Below, one piece after another: positions 18,276 through 27,531 of a stretch of DNA of 64,000 nt. The position numbers and the translations under genes were made by a program. A model generated the notes under the pieces. The model was given only the letters and a program-made list of their open reading frames with translations. It had not been told where the DNA came from and searched no databases. Within the stretch, counting starts at the first letter, position 1. Every line of letters begins with the position of its first letter. This DNA comes from a bacterium. Its GTDB lineage: Bacteria > Bacillota_I > Bacilli_A > RF39 > UBA660. The stretch spans positions 2,462 through 66,461 of the forward strand of contig CAVIDW010000004.1 in NCBI GenBank assembly GCA_963641945.1, given 5' to 3'.

Positions 18276-20711
18276 TTATATATTATTTCTAAATCGACTA
18301 TATAACATTGATATATCCCCTATATCAAGTCCATCAGTATCATTTACTTCTGCAGACTTTAAATAACAAAAATCTAAATTATTAGTAATTCCTAAAGAAT
18401 TATTTCTAAAAACACTATATGCAGCTGAAACATCACCAATATCTAATACACCATTGCCATTTACATCCCCATAAACAATTAAATAAAAATTATTTTCACC
18501 AATACTATATTTCATACAAGAAGAAATATTGCTACCCCTGTCATCAACTAATTTATCATTTTGATATAAACTAATAGATTGATTACTATCAGACTTAGAC
18601 AATAAATCACTATACATACTTCCAACATTTAGTCCAGAAAGATAATCTTTATCATTATTCTTTAAAATATTAATAGATTGATCAAAATTATAATATGGTA
18701 CAGCAAGTATATTAACATTAATTTCCTTAAAAATTAAGTTATTTTCTAATGATACGATTTTGACTACAGAATTTCCAACTTTTTTTCCATATATTATATC
18801 ATTTACTACATTAATATTATCATTTGATAATTCATATTTAATCATTCTATTACTTGCATTAAATGGAGTCAAATTATATATTTTTTTTAAATCATACTGT
18901 TCATTTTCATATATTGAAATATCTAACTCAGATATACTTATATCTTCAACATAAATATACTCATTTAAGTTAAATTTTATCGTTTTAGTAATATAACCAT
19001 ATTTTACAACTAGATTATATTCTCCACTATATTCTTTATCATTTCTAAAAAAACTAAAACTATTTAACGAATCAACTTTAATAGAAAAATTATTTGTAAC
19101 ATCTACTCCATTTTCATTAGTAATACTTATTTCATAATCACTATTATTAATATTTGAAGTATCTAAATTAACGTTATAAATATCTTTTCCATCAACATAT
19201 AAAATATCTTTTATATCAAAATCATAATCTAAATTATCCGTATATGCTTTTATTGATATTATTACATTTGAATCAGACAAATTATACCACTCTTTACCAT
19301 CTCTAGAAATAAAGCATATTCCTTCATTTAACCTTGTATTTTCATAACCACTTACATCTCCGCTTTGAACTCCCATTGAATATGGAGTATCTCCAGAATA
19401 TTTTACTATTATAGAAAAATCATCACTAACCAATATTGGAGTATCTAATTTAATTGTATAATAACCACCAGAATCAGTACTTCCACTATATATCAATTTT
19501 CTATTATTTAAATCATTACTATCAGAATAATAAACTAAATAGTCAGTTTTACCATCAAAACCAATACTTATTTCCTTTAATATTTGATTATTATCAGACT
19601 TTTTTTTAAATACATTAGCTCCCCACGTTATATTACTATTAGAATAACCATAACTAGTATTATATCCAAGATTATCATAATAATATACATTATCTTCAAT
19701 ATCAAAATCTATATTATCATAAACTGAAAAATTAGTACAAATTCTACTATCCTCATATGATATATAAAAGTATCCATTATCTCTACTAGAAGTACCCCAT
19801 GAATTTTTTATAATAAATGCACCCTTATTTGATGGTGTTATATCACCTCTAAACAAAGATGTATCCACATTATCATCCCATCCAATAATACTAACCGAAT
19901 GATTAGAATACTCAGTCCCATTATAATAATACATATTATTATCACTAAGATATGCATTAGAATCATAATATGAAGCAGAAACAGCTCCATATTGCATAAT
20001 TAACTCTTTTATCTTTTTAATAGACGTTGAATTACATGAATCATAATTATAAAATTTTATATCATTAATATCAACTGCACTTTTTTTATTTAATTCACTT
20101 AAAGATATCTCTTTTAAATGATTGTTTTTAGTTTTAACAGATGAATAATAACTATCAAATGGAAAATCACTTTCTAAAATTAATCCACCATTTCTCATCA
20201 AATATCCAGAAGCATAATATTTATTACCAGCACTATCAACAATTTTATTATTAATTCCATTTTCATTAACACCATCTAAAAAATAATTATATCCTGTAGA
20301 ATAAGCCATATATAATTCAGATAAATCAAATGATTGATTATAGTTCTTTAATATATTTGATTCAATAGAAGACACAATGCTAAATAACCAACATGTACCA
20401 GTTAAACGTTGATTTTTAACATCAGTAACAAATGAATTACCATCAATATCTCTTAAGTCATATTTTTCAGGCAATATATTTTCACTTACAATATCAAAAG
20501 ATTTTAAACTCTTCTTTTTTAATAAATTGTTATATGTGCTATCCTTACAAATTTTTGGCATTATACTATTCTTTTTTTCTTCATTAGATAACATGCTCCA
20601 TTTAATATATTCGTCACTATAAACACACTTACTAGGAATTTCTGAAGCAAAAATAGAGTTAAAATAAATAAAATAAAATAAACAAAATAATAATATGTAT
20701 CTTCTTTTCAT
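18276..20711 (-). CDS. Secreted papain-family (C1) cysteine peptidase with Big_2-like domain and C-terminal dockerin
   Basis: The ATG at 20711 gives the signal peptide MKRRYILLFCLFYF.... Catalytic motifs are NQRLTGTCWLFS (Cys), NHSVSIIGWDD (His) and IIKNSWG. The C-terminus has a duplicated Ca-binding segment, GDVNGNGVLDIGDVSAAYSVF / VNDTDGLDIGDISMLYSRF. Confidence 0.85.
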   Translation of the reverse strand: MKRRYILLFCLFYFIYFNSIFASEIPSKCVYSDEYIKWSMLSNEEKKNSIMPKICKDSTYNNLLKKKSLKSFDIVSENILPEKYDLRDIDGNSFVTDVKNQRLTGTCWLFSIVSSIESNILKNYNQSFDLSELYMAYSTGYNYFLDGVNENGINNKIVDSAGNKYYASGYLMRNGGLILESDFPFDSYYSSVKTKNNHLKEISLSELNKKSAVDINDIKFYNYDSCNSTSIKKIKELIMQYGAVSASYYDSNAYLSDNNMYYYNGTEYSNHSVSIIGWDDNVDTSLFRGDITPSNKGAFIIKNSWGTSSRDNGYFYISYEDSRICTNFSVYDNIDFDIEDNVYYYDNLGYNTSYGYSNSNITWGANVFKKKSDNNQILKEISIGFDGKTDYLVYYSDSNDLNNRKLIYSGSTDSGGYYTIKLDTPILVSDDFSIIVKYSGDTPYSMGVQSGDVSGYENTRLNEGICFISRDGKEWYNLSDSNVIISIKAYTDNLDYDFDIKDILYVDGKDIYNVNLDTSNINNSDYEISITNENGVDVTNNFSIKVDSLNSFSFFRNDKEYSGEYNLVVKYGYITKTIKFNLNEYIYVEDISISELDISIYENEQYDLKKIYNLTPFNASNRMIKYELSNDNINVVNDIIYGKKVGNSVVKIVSLENNLIFKEINVNILAVPYYNFDQSINILKNNDKDYLSGLNVGSMYSDLLSKSDSNQSISLYQNDKLVDDRGSNISSCMKYSIGENNFYLIVYGDVNGNGVLDIGDVSAAYSVFRNNSLGITNNLDFCYLKSAEVNDTDGLDIGDISMLYSRFRNNI

Positions 20712-20815
20712 AACTTCATTTACTACACCTATTATAATAATTATATCAAAAACGCGAATATCAAACAACTAAAAATAATTAAAAAAACAACAAAAACATA
20801 TATCAAAAAAAAAGG

Positions 20816-22576
20816 TTATTTTGACCTGTTAATCCATTTAATTAAATCATTTATATTTATTTTATATAAAATACCTTTCACATTTTCGAAACCAATATGT
20901 TTAAACACTAATTGAGATTTTTCATTTTTGTAACTTATGGTACCATAAATATCATTATATAAATCTTTATTACTATTATTTACTAATTGTTGAAACATTT
21001 TTCTTAATATATTGTACTTACCTTGATATTCTTTTTTTATCTGTACTTCAGAAAGCATTAAACCATCATCCATATACATATAACATATAAATCCTATAAG
21101 TTCATGATTCATAAAACACAAAAGCATATTATAGCCTTTTGTATTTTTAATCATATTAACCCAAATATCATATGAATTATCAACTGAATCATTAGTATTG
21201 TTTATTAAATTATAATTATCAACTAATATTTGACACATATCTAAAAGAATTTCAGTTTTTGGTAAATTATCTTTATTAAAAAAATCATAGTTAAAATCTT
21301 CTTTAAATTCCGAAATTAAAAGATCACATAACTTGCAATATTCTTTAGGAGCTATTTCATAACTTCCTGTCTCTAATTGAAATTTTCCAGGACAATATCT
21401 ACATAATTTCTTTTTGTAGCAGTCTTTACATTTAGAATTAGTACTAAAATGAAGTTTACATATACCATTTCTAAACATATTTAATGCATCTAAAATCTTA
21501 TACTTTTTTATATTATATTTTTCATCAACAACAAGACATGGTTTTATATTACCATAACAATCTATAAATATACGATCTTTCCCAATTGAACATTGAAAAA
21601 CATTATCATTCATTTCAATATTTTCATTTAAATTATTAACTGCGTTTTTAAAATATTCTATATCATTTTCGTTCTTTTTAATTATTTTCACTATATCCTT
21701 TGATAACAATGTCTCTTCATTTCTTCTAAAAAGTCCTCCAGATACTTTTGGAAAAATATTATAATCATATCTAAATTCTGAATCATATTGCTGACAATAC
21801 TTTCTTATTCTTTCAAAATTATTAACATTTCTTTTTGTTAATACAGTTTTTAATTTCAAATTTATGTTATTACTTATTAAAAGATCTATATTACTATTAA
21901 TTACAGAAAAAGCATTTTTAAAATGAGTAAATTCTTCGTAAGTACGATCATCATATCCATAAATACTAATTTCAATTTGAAATGGTTTATATTCACTAAA
22001 TAACTTAATTATCTCATCATTAATTAAAAATCCATTTGTATTTATCCCAACACGCATTCCTTTTTTCTTTGCATATAAATACATTTTTTTAAAATCTTTA
22101 TTTAATAAAGGTTCTCCACCAGTCAGAATAACAGTATAACAGTTAATTTCAAGTAATTCATCAATTATTCGTTTATAAGATATAAAATCCATATCATTTT
22201 TCTTACTTTTATCAACATAGCAATGATCGCACTTAAATTGACATCGATTTGTTATTTCAATCATACAATTTGTTGCTTCATTTGATTCTAGCAAAACATT
22301 CAAATCACTATAAGTCAATTCTTCTGTTAATATATTTGATTTATCAAGTATATTCAATTCATTAATAAAATCATCATAATCATTCTCTAATATTTTTGTT
22401 TCAACTTTATAATGTTTTTTTAATATTTTAATCGTTTCAGTTTTACCATTATTAATATTATCAATAATTATTTTTCCAACACCATCAAATTTATAAATTA
22501 TATCAGAATCAAATTTGTTTATTAACAAAGTATTATTTTTTGTTCTTTTAATTAAATATTTTTCATCAAAATTCAT
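20816..22576 (-). CDS. Radical SAM/SPASM peptide-modifying enzyme with N-terminal PqqD-like RRE and C-terminal GNAT-like domain
   Basis: The likely start is the ATG at 22576, because the track start at 22609 lies inside the upstream hairpin. The RRE-like region reads FDGVGKIIIDNINNGKTETIKILKKHYKV...DYDDFINEL. The radical SAM cluster motif is CQFKCDHC. The SPASM-type Cys cluster reads CSIGKDRIFIDCYGNIKPC...CKDCYKKKLCRYCPG. The tail (ELIGFICYMY...SEVQIKKEYQGKYNILRKMFQQL) is GNAT motif A-like. Confidence 0.8.
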   Translation of the reverse strand: MNFDEKYLIKRTKNNTLLINKFDSDIIYKFDGVGKIIIDNINNGKTETIKILKKHYKVETKILENDYDDFINELNILDKSNILTEELTYSDLNVLLESNEATNCMIEITNRCQFKCDHCYVDKSKKNDMDFISYKRIIDELLEINCYTVILTGGEPLLNKDFKKMYLYAKKKGMRVGINTNGFLINDEIIKLFSEYKPFQIEISIYGYDDRTYEEFTHFKNAFSVINSNIDLLISNNINLKLKTVLTKRNVNNFERIRKYCQQYDSEFRYDYNIFPKVSGGLFRRNEETLLSKDIVKIIKKNENDIEYFKNAVNNLNENIEMNDNVFQCSIGKDRIFIDCYGNIKPCLVVDEKYNIKKYKILDALNMFRNGICKLHFSTNSKCKDCYKKKLCRYCPGKFQLETGSYEIAPKEYCKLCDLLISEFKEDFNYDFFNKDNLPKTEILLDMCQILVDNYNLINNTNDSVDNSYDIWVNMIKNTKGYNMLLCFMNHELIGFICYMYMDDGLMLSEVQIKKEYQGKYNILRKMFQQLVNNSNKDLYNDIYGTISYKNEKSQLVFKHIGFENVKGILYKININDLIKWINRSK

Positions 22577-22594
22577 AGTTTCACCAAACATCAT

Positions 22595-22629
22595 TATAAA
22601 AAAGAACATATTTTAAATATGTTCTTTTA
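22595..22629 (-). terminator. AU-rich hairpin plus U-run between the small ORF and the radical SAM gene (partial terminator/attenuator)
   Basis: aaaagaacatat-ttaaa-atatgttctttt is a perfect palindrome, followed on the minus strand by further T residues. It begins at the stop codon of the small ORF. Confidence 0.6.
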
Positions 22630-22859
22630 GCATCCATCACCTTCATTTCCTGTATAACTTTGTTGCCAACATCCCATATATATTTTCTTTGATGGTTTTA
22701 GTATTTGAACTCTTTTAGTTGTTGGTTTTTCATATTGAAACTCCTCTTCAATATAATTAGGCTTAAGTGCCAAACTTCCTTGAACATATACCAAAATTTC
22801 TACAACATTTTTTTCTTTAAGTAATGCTTCTTTATTGACTTAAAATTTTCTATGCTCAT
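22627..22859 (-). CDS. Candidate RiPP precursor peptide gene (start unresolved; apparent 1-nt frame discontinuity)
   Basis: A 70-codon stop-to-stop open frame (22839-22627) ends ...KPSKKIYMGCWQQSYTGNEGDGC*. It has no in-frame ATG or GTG before the internal Met at 22677; only the TTG at 22794 is available. An RBS-preceded ATG at 22859 and a GAGGAG-preceded ATG at 22733 are each one nucleotide out of frame. Confidence 0.4.
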
Positions 22860-22884
22860 TATATAAATGTTTCCTTTCAAACAC

Positions 22885-22913
22885 ATATTATCATACTTTA
22901 ATTTTAAAGTCAA
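22885..22913 (-). promoter_or_regulatory. SigA-type promoter for the small ORF / radical SAM operon
   Basis: On the minus strand: TTGACT (22913-22908), a 17-nt spacer, then an extended -10 TGaTAATAT (TAATAT at 22890-22885). Confidence 0.6.
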
Positions 22914-22931
22914 ATTAGATATACATCATTA

Positions 22932-24038
22932 TTATTTAGTAACATTAAATCTAAATAAGCAAATATCTCCATCTTGCATTACATAATCTTTACCCTCAAG
23001 TCTTGCTCTACCTGCTTCTTTAACTTTAACTTCACTTCCATATTGAATTAAATCATCATAACTCATAACTTCAGCTTTAATAAATCCTCTTTCAAAATCA
23101 GTATGAATCAATCCCGCACATTCTGGAGCTTTCATTCCATCTTTAAAAGTCCAAGCACGAACTTCGTCTTTACCAACAGTAAAGAAAGTTTTAAGTCCAA
23201 GTAAATGATATGTATTATGAATAAGTTGATCTAATCCACTATTAGCAATACCCAAATCAGCTAAAAATTCTTTTTTACTTTCTTCATCTAATTCAGATAA
23301 TTCGCTTTCAATCTTAGCACACATTAGTACTACAGAAGACTTTTCACGAGCTGCATACTCACGAACACTATTAACATATTTATTATCATTTGAAAGTAAA
23401 TCATCTTCACTTACATTAGCTAAATAAATAAAAGGTTTATTAGTAATTAAATTATATGTTTTAATTAATTTTGATTCTTTTTCATCAAATTCTTCTAATC
23501 TAAGCATTCTTCCTTCACTTAAAATACTTTGAAGTTTTTTAAGTAGTGCAACTTCATATAAGCCTTCTTTATCATTAGATGTAGTAGCTTTCTTTTCAAT
23601 TCTAGAAAGTCTACCTTCAACTATTTCTAAATCACTTAATATTAATTCATAATTAACAATTTCTATATCTCTTGTTGGATCAATGTTTCCTTCTACATGA
23701 ATAATATCTTTATTTTCAAAACATCTAACAACTTGAACAATAGCATCTACTTCACGAATATTGGCCAAAAACTTATTTCCAAGACCTTCTCCAGTAGATG
23801 CACCTTTTACAAGACCAGCTATATCAATAAATTCATATTGAGTAGCAATAACTCTTTCTGATTTATACATTTCATCTAATGTTTCAAGTCTTTTATCTGG
23901 AACAGTAACAACTCCAACATTAGGATCAATAGTCGCAAAAGGATAATTTGCAGCTAAAATATTCTTTTTGGTAATTGCATTAAACAATGTACTTTTACCT
24001 ACATTGGGTAAACCTATAATTCCAGCCTTAAGCGCCAT
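22932..24038 (-). CDS. ychF: Ribosome-binding ATPase YchF
   Basis: [26 protein letters not shown], and a C-terminal TGS/YchF domain (...[30 protein letters not shown]). The start at MALKAG is preferred. Confidence 0.95.
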   Translation of the reverse strand: MALKAGIIGLPNVGKSTLFNAITKKNILAANYPFATIDPNVGVVTVPDKRLETLDEMYKSERVIATQYEFIDIAGLVKGASTGEGLGNKFLANIREVDAIVQVVRCFENKDIIHVEGNIDPTRDIEIVNYELILSDLEIVEGRLSRIEKKATTSNDKEGLYEVALLKKLQSILSEGRMLRLEEFDEKESKLIKTYNLITNKPFIYLANVSEDDLLSNDNKYVNSVREYAAREKSSVVLMCAKIESELSELDEESKKEFLADLGIANSGLDQLIHNTYHLLGLKTFFTVGKDEVRAWTFKDGMKAPECAGLIHTDFERGFIKAEVMSYDDLIQYGSEVKVKEAGRARLEGKDYVMQDGDICLFRFNVTK

Positions 24039-25557
24039 AAACAACACCAGGCATTGAACCTATCCCAATTGGGACTCCTAATAAATACCAACCAACAATT
24101 ACTCCAACCCAAATAATAGTTATAAATGTTGAATATGGTACCATATATTTTATACTTCCGAACAAAGTAACCATCTCCCCTTTATTGTATTTTTCCATAA
24201 AAGCAATATAAATTACAAAATATGCTAATAACGGAGTCAATCCATTTGTTATTGAATCAGCAGCAGTATATATTACTTGTGAAAATTCAGGACTAATACT
24301 TGCATTCATAAGTAATGGTACAATACTACCTGATAAAATTAACCATTTAGTTTCTGAAATAGGACAAAACAAATTAACTAAAGCAACAAATAATATAACA
24401 GCTAATATAAGCCCAATTCCATTAAATCCTAATCCACCAATTACATTAGAAGTAAATGCAGTAATTACTTCACCAATCTTACTCTCTTCAAAAACATTAA
24501 TAAATAATGATGCAAAGAAAATAAGAACAATTATACTACCTATTCCATCTAAAGAATAACCAAGTGACTCAGCAATATCTTTATTATTTCTAATAGATTT
24601 AGTCATAAAACCATAACCAAGTCCAATAATTATAAAAAATAATGTAGCAATAAATATAAATCCTTTATTAAATAAAGAATTTGCTCCAAATAACATATCT
24701 ATATATCTTGTAGCGTTAGAATCTAATAAACCACCACTAAGTGGTAAACCAGGTATAATCATATAAACTATAATTAATAAATAAATAAAACCTGCTCCAA
24801 GTCCTATAATTAATCCTCTTAATTCTTTATTTGTTATTTTAATTTCTTCTTCCAAAGTTTCATACCTTGGTAATTTAGGCATAATCTTTTTCTCTGTTAA
24901 TTGTGTAAATACCAAAGAAACTAATATCAACACGAAAATCATAATATATAATGAAAAAAATATACCAATTTTATAATTAGGATCAATTATTTTAGCTGCA
25001 CTTAAAGTTATAGACAACAAACTACTATCATTAGCACTTAAGAATATATTAATTCCACTACCAAATGACAATGATGCAAACGAAGCAACTATTCCACCTA
25101 AAGGATTTCTTCTACCATATTTAAATAGCAAAGCACCAATAGGTAACATAATAACATAACCAATATCACCTAATAGTGAAAACAATAAACACATAAATAC
25201 CAATATAAATGTTATTGTATTTTTTTTAGAATTTCTAGTTAATAGTGTAAAGAATGATTTCATAAATCCACTCTTTTCAAGTACACCAATACCTATCAAA
25301 ACTATAATCAATGTAGATAATGGAGCAAAATTAACAAATCCACTTACCGCAGTACTTACAATATGTTTAATACCACTTATACTAAATAAATTTTTAACTT
25401 CTACAACATTATTTACCAAATCACCAGTAACTTTACTTACTGCAGCATATTCTGCTTGAACATTCAATAAATGCAAAAATCCACTTAAAAGTATAGTAAT
25501 AAAAGTTAAAATAATAAATGTCATAATAGGACTTAATTTTATTTTCTTCTTAAACAT
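24028..25557 (-). CDS. AbgT-family transporter (p-aminobenzoyl-glutamate transporter family)
   Basis: 509 aa and polytopic. NFAPLSTLIIVLIGIGVLEKSGF matches the conserved AbgT N-terminal motif. Confidence 0.75.
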   Translation of the reverse strand: MFKKKIKLSPIMTFIILTFITILLSGFLHLLNVQAEYAAVSKVTGDLVNNVVEVKNLFSISGIKHIVSTAVSGFVNFAPLSTLIIVLIGIGVLEKSGFMKSFFTLLTRNSKKNTITFILVFMCLLFSLLGDIGYVIMLPIGALLFKYGRRNPLGGIVASFASLSFGSGINIFLSANDSSLLSITLSAAKIIDPNYKIGIFFSLYIMIFVLILVSLVFTQLTEKKIMPKLPRYETLEEEIKITNKELRGLIIGLGAGFIYLLIIVYMIIPGLPLSGGLLDSNATRYIDMLFGANSLFNKGFIFIATLFFIIIGLGYGFMTKSIRNNKDIAESLGYSLDGIGSIIVLIFFASLFINVFEESKIGEVITAFTSNVIGGLGFNGIGLILAVILFVALVNLFCPISETKWLILSGSIVPLLMNASISPEFSQVIYTAADSITNGLTPLLAYFVIYIAFMEKYNKGEMVTLFGSIKYMVPYSTFITIIWVGVIVGWYLLGVPIGIGSMPGVVYGA

Positions 25558-25742
25558 TAGTATTCCTCTACTTTCTTAAGTTTCTTATCAAATTCTATTC
25601 TATCCATCATTATAGATCTACCACAATTAACACATTTAATCTTTATATCAACACCCACTCTAGTTATTTCCCAAAGATTAGTTCCACATGGATGTGGTTT
25701 CTTCATAATGACTTTACTTCCTATCTTATACTCTTTATTCAT
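25557..25742 (-). CDS. DUF951 family small protein (YyzM-like)
   Basis: 61 aa. KKPHPCG...W.I.R.G.DI.IKC..CGR pattern. It occupies the conserved position between spo0J and ychF. Confidence 0.8.
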   Translation of the reverse strand: MNKEYKIGSKVIMKKPHPCGTNLWEITRVGVDIKIKCVNCGRSIMMDRIEFDKKLKKVEEY

Positions 25743-25743
25743 A

Positions 25744-26646
25744 TTAATCTACTTTCACTTCTATTTTTAGAACATCAAGAATTCTTTCTAAATCTCTTTC
25801 ACTATTAAAAGGAATAACAATTTTTTTATTTTTAATTCTTACTCTATTTCCTATAGTATCAGTTAATGCATCTTCTACATAACCAAATGGATTAGGCTCT
25901 TTTATTCTAACAATAGCTTTTTTTCTTTTATAATCAGGATTATTAGCAATACTTTCTAATTCACGTACTGATATATGATCATTTTTAATCTTTTCTACTA
26001 ATTCTTTTATTAATTCTTCATCTTGTAACTTACTTAAAACTTTAGCATGACCCATGCTTATATAGCCATGAAGAATTTCATACTTAACACTCTCTGGTAA
26101 AGTTAAAAGTCCTAACATATTAGTAACATAACTTCTGCTCTTACCAATCTTTTTAGCCAATTCCTCTTGAGTAATATTTAAAGCTTTAATTAAATTATTA
26201 TAAGCTTCAGCTTCTTCTATAGCACTTAAATTCTCTCTTTGAATATTTTCAAGTAATGCTATTTGCATCATCTCTTCATCACTAAAATCTTTGATAATAG
26301 CTGGAATAGTTTCAATGCCAACTAATTCACATGCTTTAGTTCTACGTTCTCCAGCAACTATTTCATATCCCTTAATACTTTTAGTAACAATAATTGGTTC
26401 TAAAACACCAAACTCTTTAATAGAATTAGCAAGTTCAACAAGCTTTTCTTGATCAAATGTTTGTCTTGGTTGATAAGGATTACTTCTAAGTTCACTAACC
26501 TTTACTTCAACAATATCCTCTTTAGGAGTATTTTCAGCTATTTCATCTAATGTTTCAAGCGGATTTACATACAATGATTCATTACTAAATAATTGTTCTA
26601 ATCCTTTTCCTAAAGCTTTTCTTTTATTTGTTTCCATTTCTTTCAA
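25744..26646 (-). CDS. parB: Chromosome partitioning protein ParB/Spo0J
   Basis: ParB box GERRTKACELVG, the HTH region QEELAKKIGKSRSYVTNMLGLL, and 300 aa. Confidence 0.9.
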   Translation of the reverse strand: MKEMETNKRKALGKGLEQLFSNESLYVNPLETLDEIAENTPKEDIVEVKVSELRSNPYQPRQTFDQEKLVELANSIKEFGVLEPIIVTKSIKGYEIVAGERRTKACELVGIETIPAIIKDFSDEEMMQIALLENIQRENLSAIEEAEAYNNLIKALNITQEELAKKIGKSRSYVTNMLGLLTLPESVKYEILHGYISMGHAKVLSKLQDEELIKELVEKIKNDHISVRELESIANNPDYKRKKAIVRIKEPNPFGYVEDALTDTIGNRVRIKNKKIVIPFNSERDLERILDVLKIEVKVD

Positions 26647-27412
26647 TCACCTCTTTGGCTAAATTCAAATAAGCTAAAGCACCTTTACTTTTTGGATCAT
26701 ATTCTATAATTGGTTTTCCATGTGATGGAGCCTCAACTAATTTAACAAGTCTAGGAATAATAGTACTAAACACTTTTTCATTAAAGAACTTTCTAACATC
26801 TTCTACAACTTCAAGTCCAAGTAATGTTCTACCATCTAACATTGTTAGTAAAACACCTTCTATATCTAAATTAGAATTAACTTTTTGTTGAACTCTCAAA
26901 ATAGTATGTAATAATTGATTAACACCTTCTAAACTATAATATTCACATTGAATTGGTATTAAAACAGAATCTGATGCTGCTAAAGCATTAGTTGTTAAAA
27001 TTCCCAAGTTAGGAGGACAATCTATAATTATATAGTCATATCTATCTCTAATAGTCGCAAGTTGTTTTTTTAATTGTTCAGTAATAATAAAATCCTTATC
27101 TTGTACGCTTATTTGAATAAGTTCAATATCTACACCAGCTAAATCTATCATAGCTGGAATAACACTTAAATTCTTAAATGGAGTTTTGATAATAGTATCT
27201 TTAATATCACACTCACCCATAATTACATTATAAACACTCTTCTTAATCTTTGATCTATTTATACCAAGACCAGTAGTGCTATTACTTTGTGGATCTAAGT
27301 CAATTAGTAAAACTTTCTTACCTAAATGTCCTAAAGAACTAGATAAATTTATACTAGTTGTTGTCTTGCCTACTCCACCTTTTTGATTTACTAATGATAT
27401 AATCTTTCCCAC
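26624..27412 (-). CDS. parA: Chromosome partitioning ATPase ParA/Soj
   Basis: Deviant Walker A NQKGGVGKTTT and IIIDCPPNLG. 262 aa. It overlaps parB. Confidence 0.9.
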   Translation of the reverse strand: MGKIISLVNQKGGVGKTTTSINLSSSLGHLGKKVLLIDLDPQSNSTTGLGINRSKIKKSVYNVIMGECDIKDTIIKTPFKNLSVIPAMIDLAGVDIELIQISVQDKDFIITEQLKKQLATIRDRYDYIIIDCPPNLGILTTNALAASDSVLIPIQCEYYSLEGVNQLLHTILRVQQKVNSNLDIEGVLLTMLDGRTLLGLEVVEDVRKFFNEKVFSTIIPRLVKLVEAPSHGKPIIEYDPKSKGALAYLNLAKEVIERNGNK

Positions 27413-27531
27413 TGCACATACCTTCCTTACCTATAAAATATTTTAACATATTATAAAGTGATTTAAAAGTTAAAAATATTATAATTATTATTTTATTTTT
27501 AACTAGACAAAAAAATAGACAACAAATTTGC

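Noticed and set aside
22698-22733. 11-codon ORF MKNQQLKEFKY with a strong GAGGAG RBS as an independent micro-gene
   Set aside because: It is too short to be an RRE-recognised substrate, and it is embedded in a longer open frame one nucleotide away. It is treated instead as one of the possible true starts of the precursor (see finding).
25744-27412. ParA/ParB pair as evidence for a plasmid or integrated element
   Set aside because: It sits in the conserved chromosomal ychF-DUF951-spo0J-soj arrangement typical of Firmicute origin-proximal regions. No replication initiator, relaxase or integrase lies nearby.
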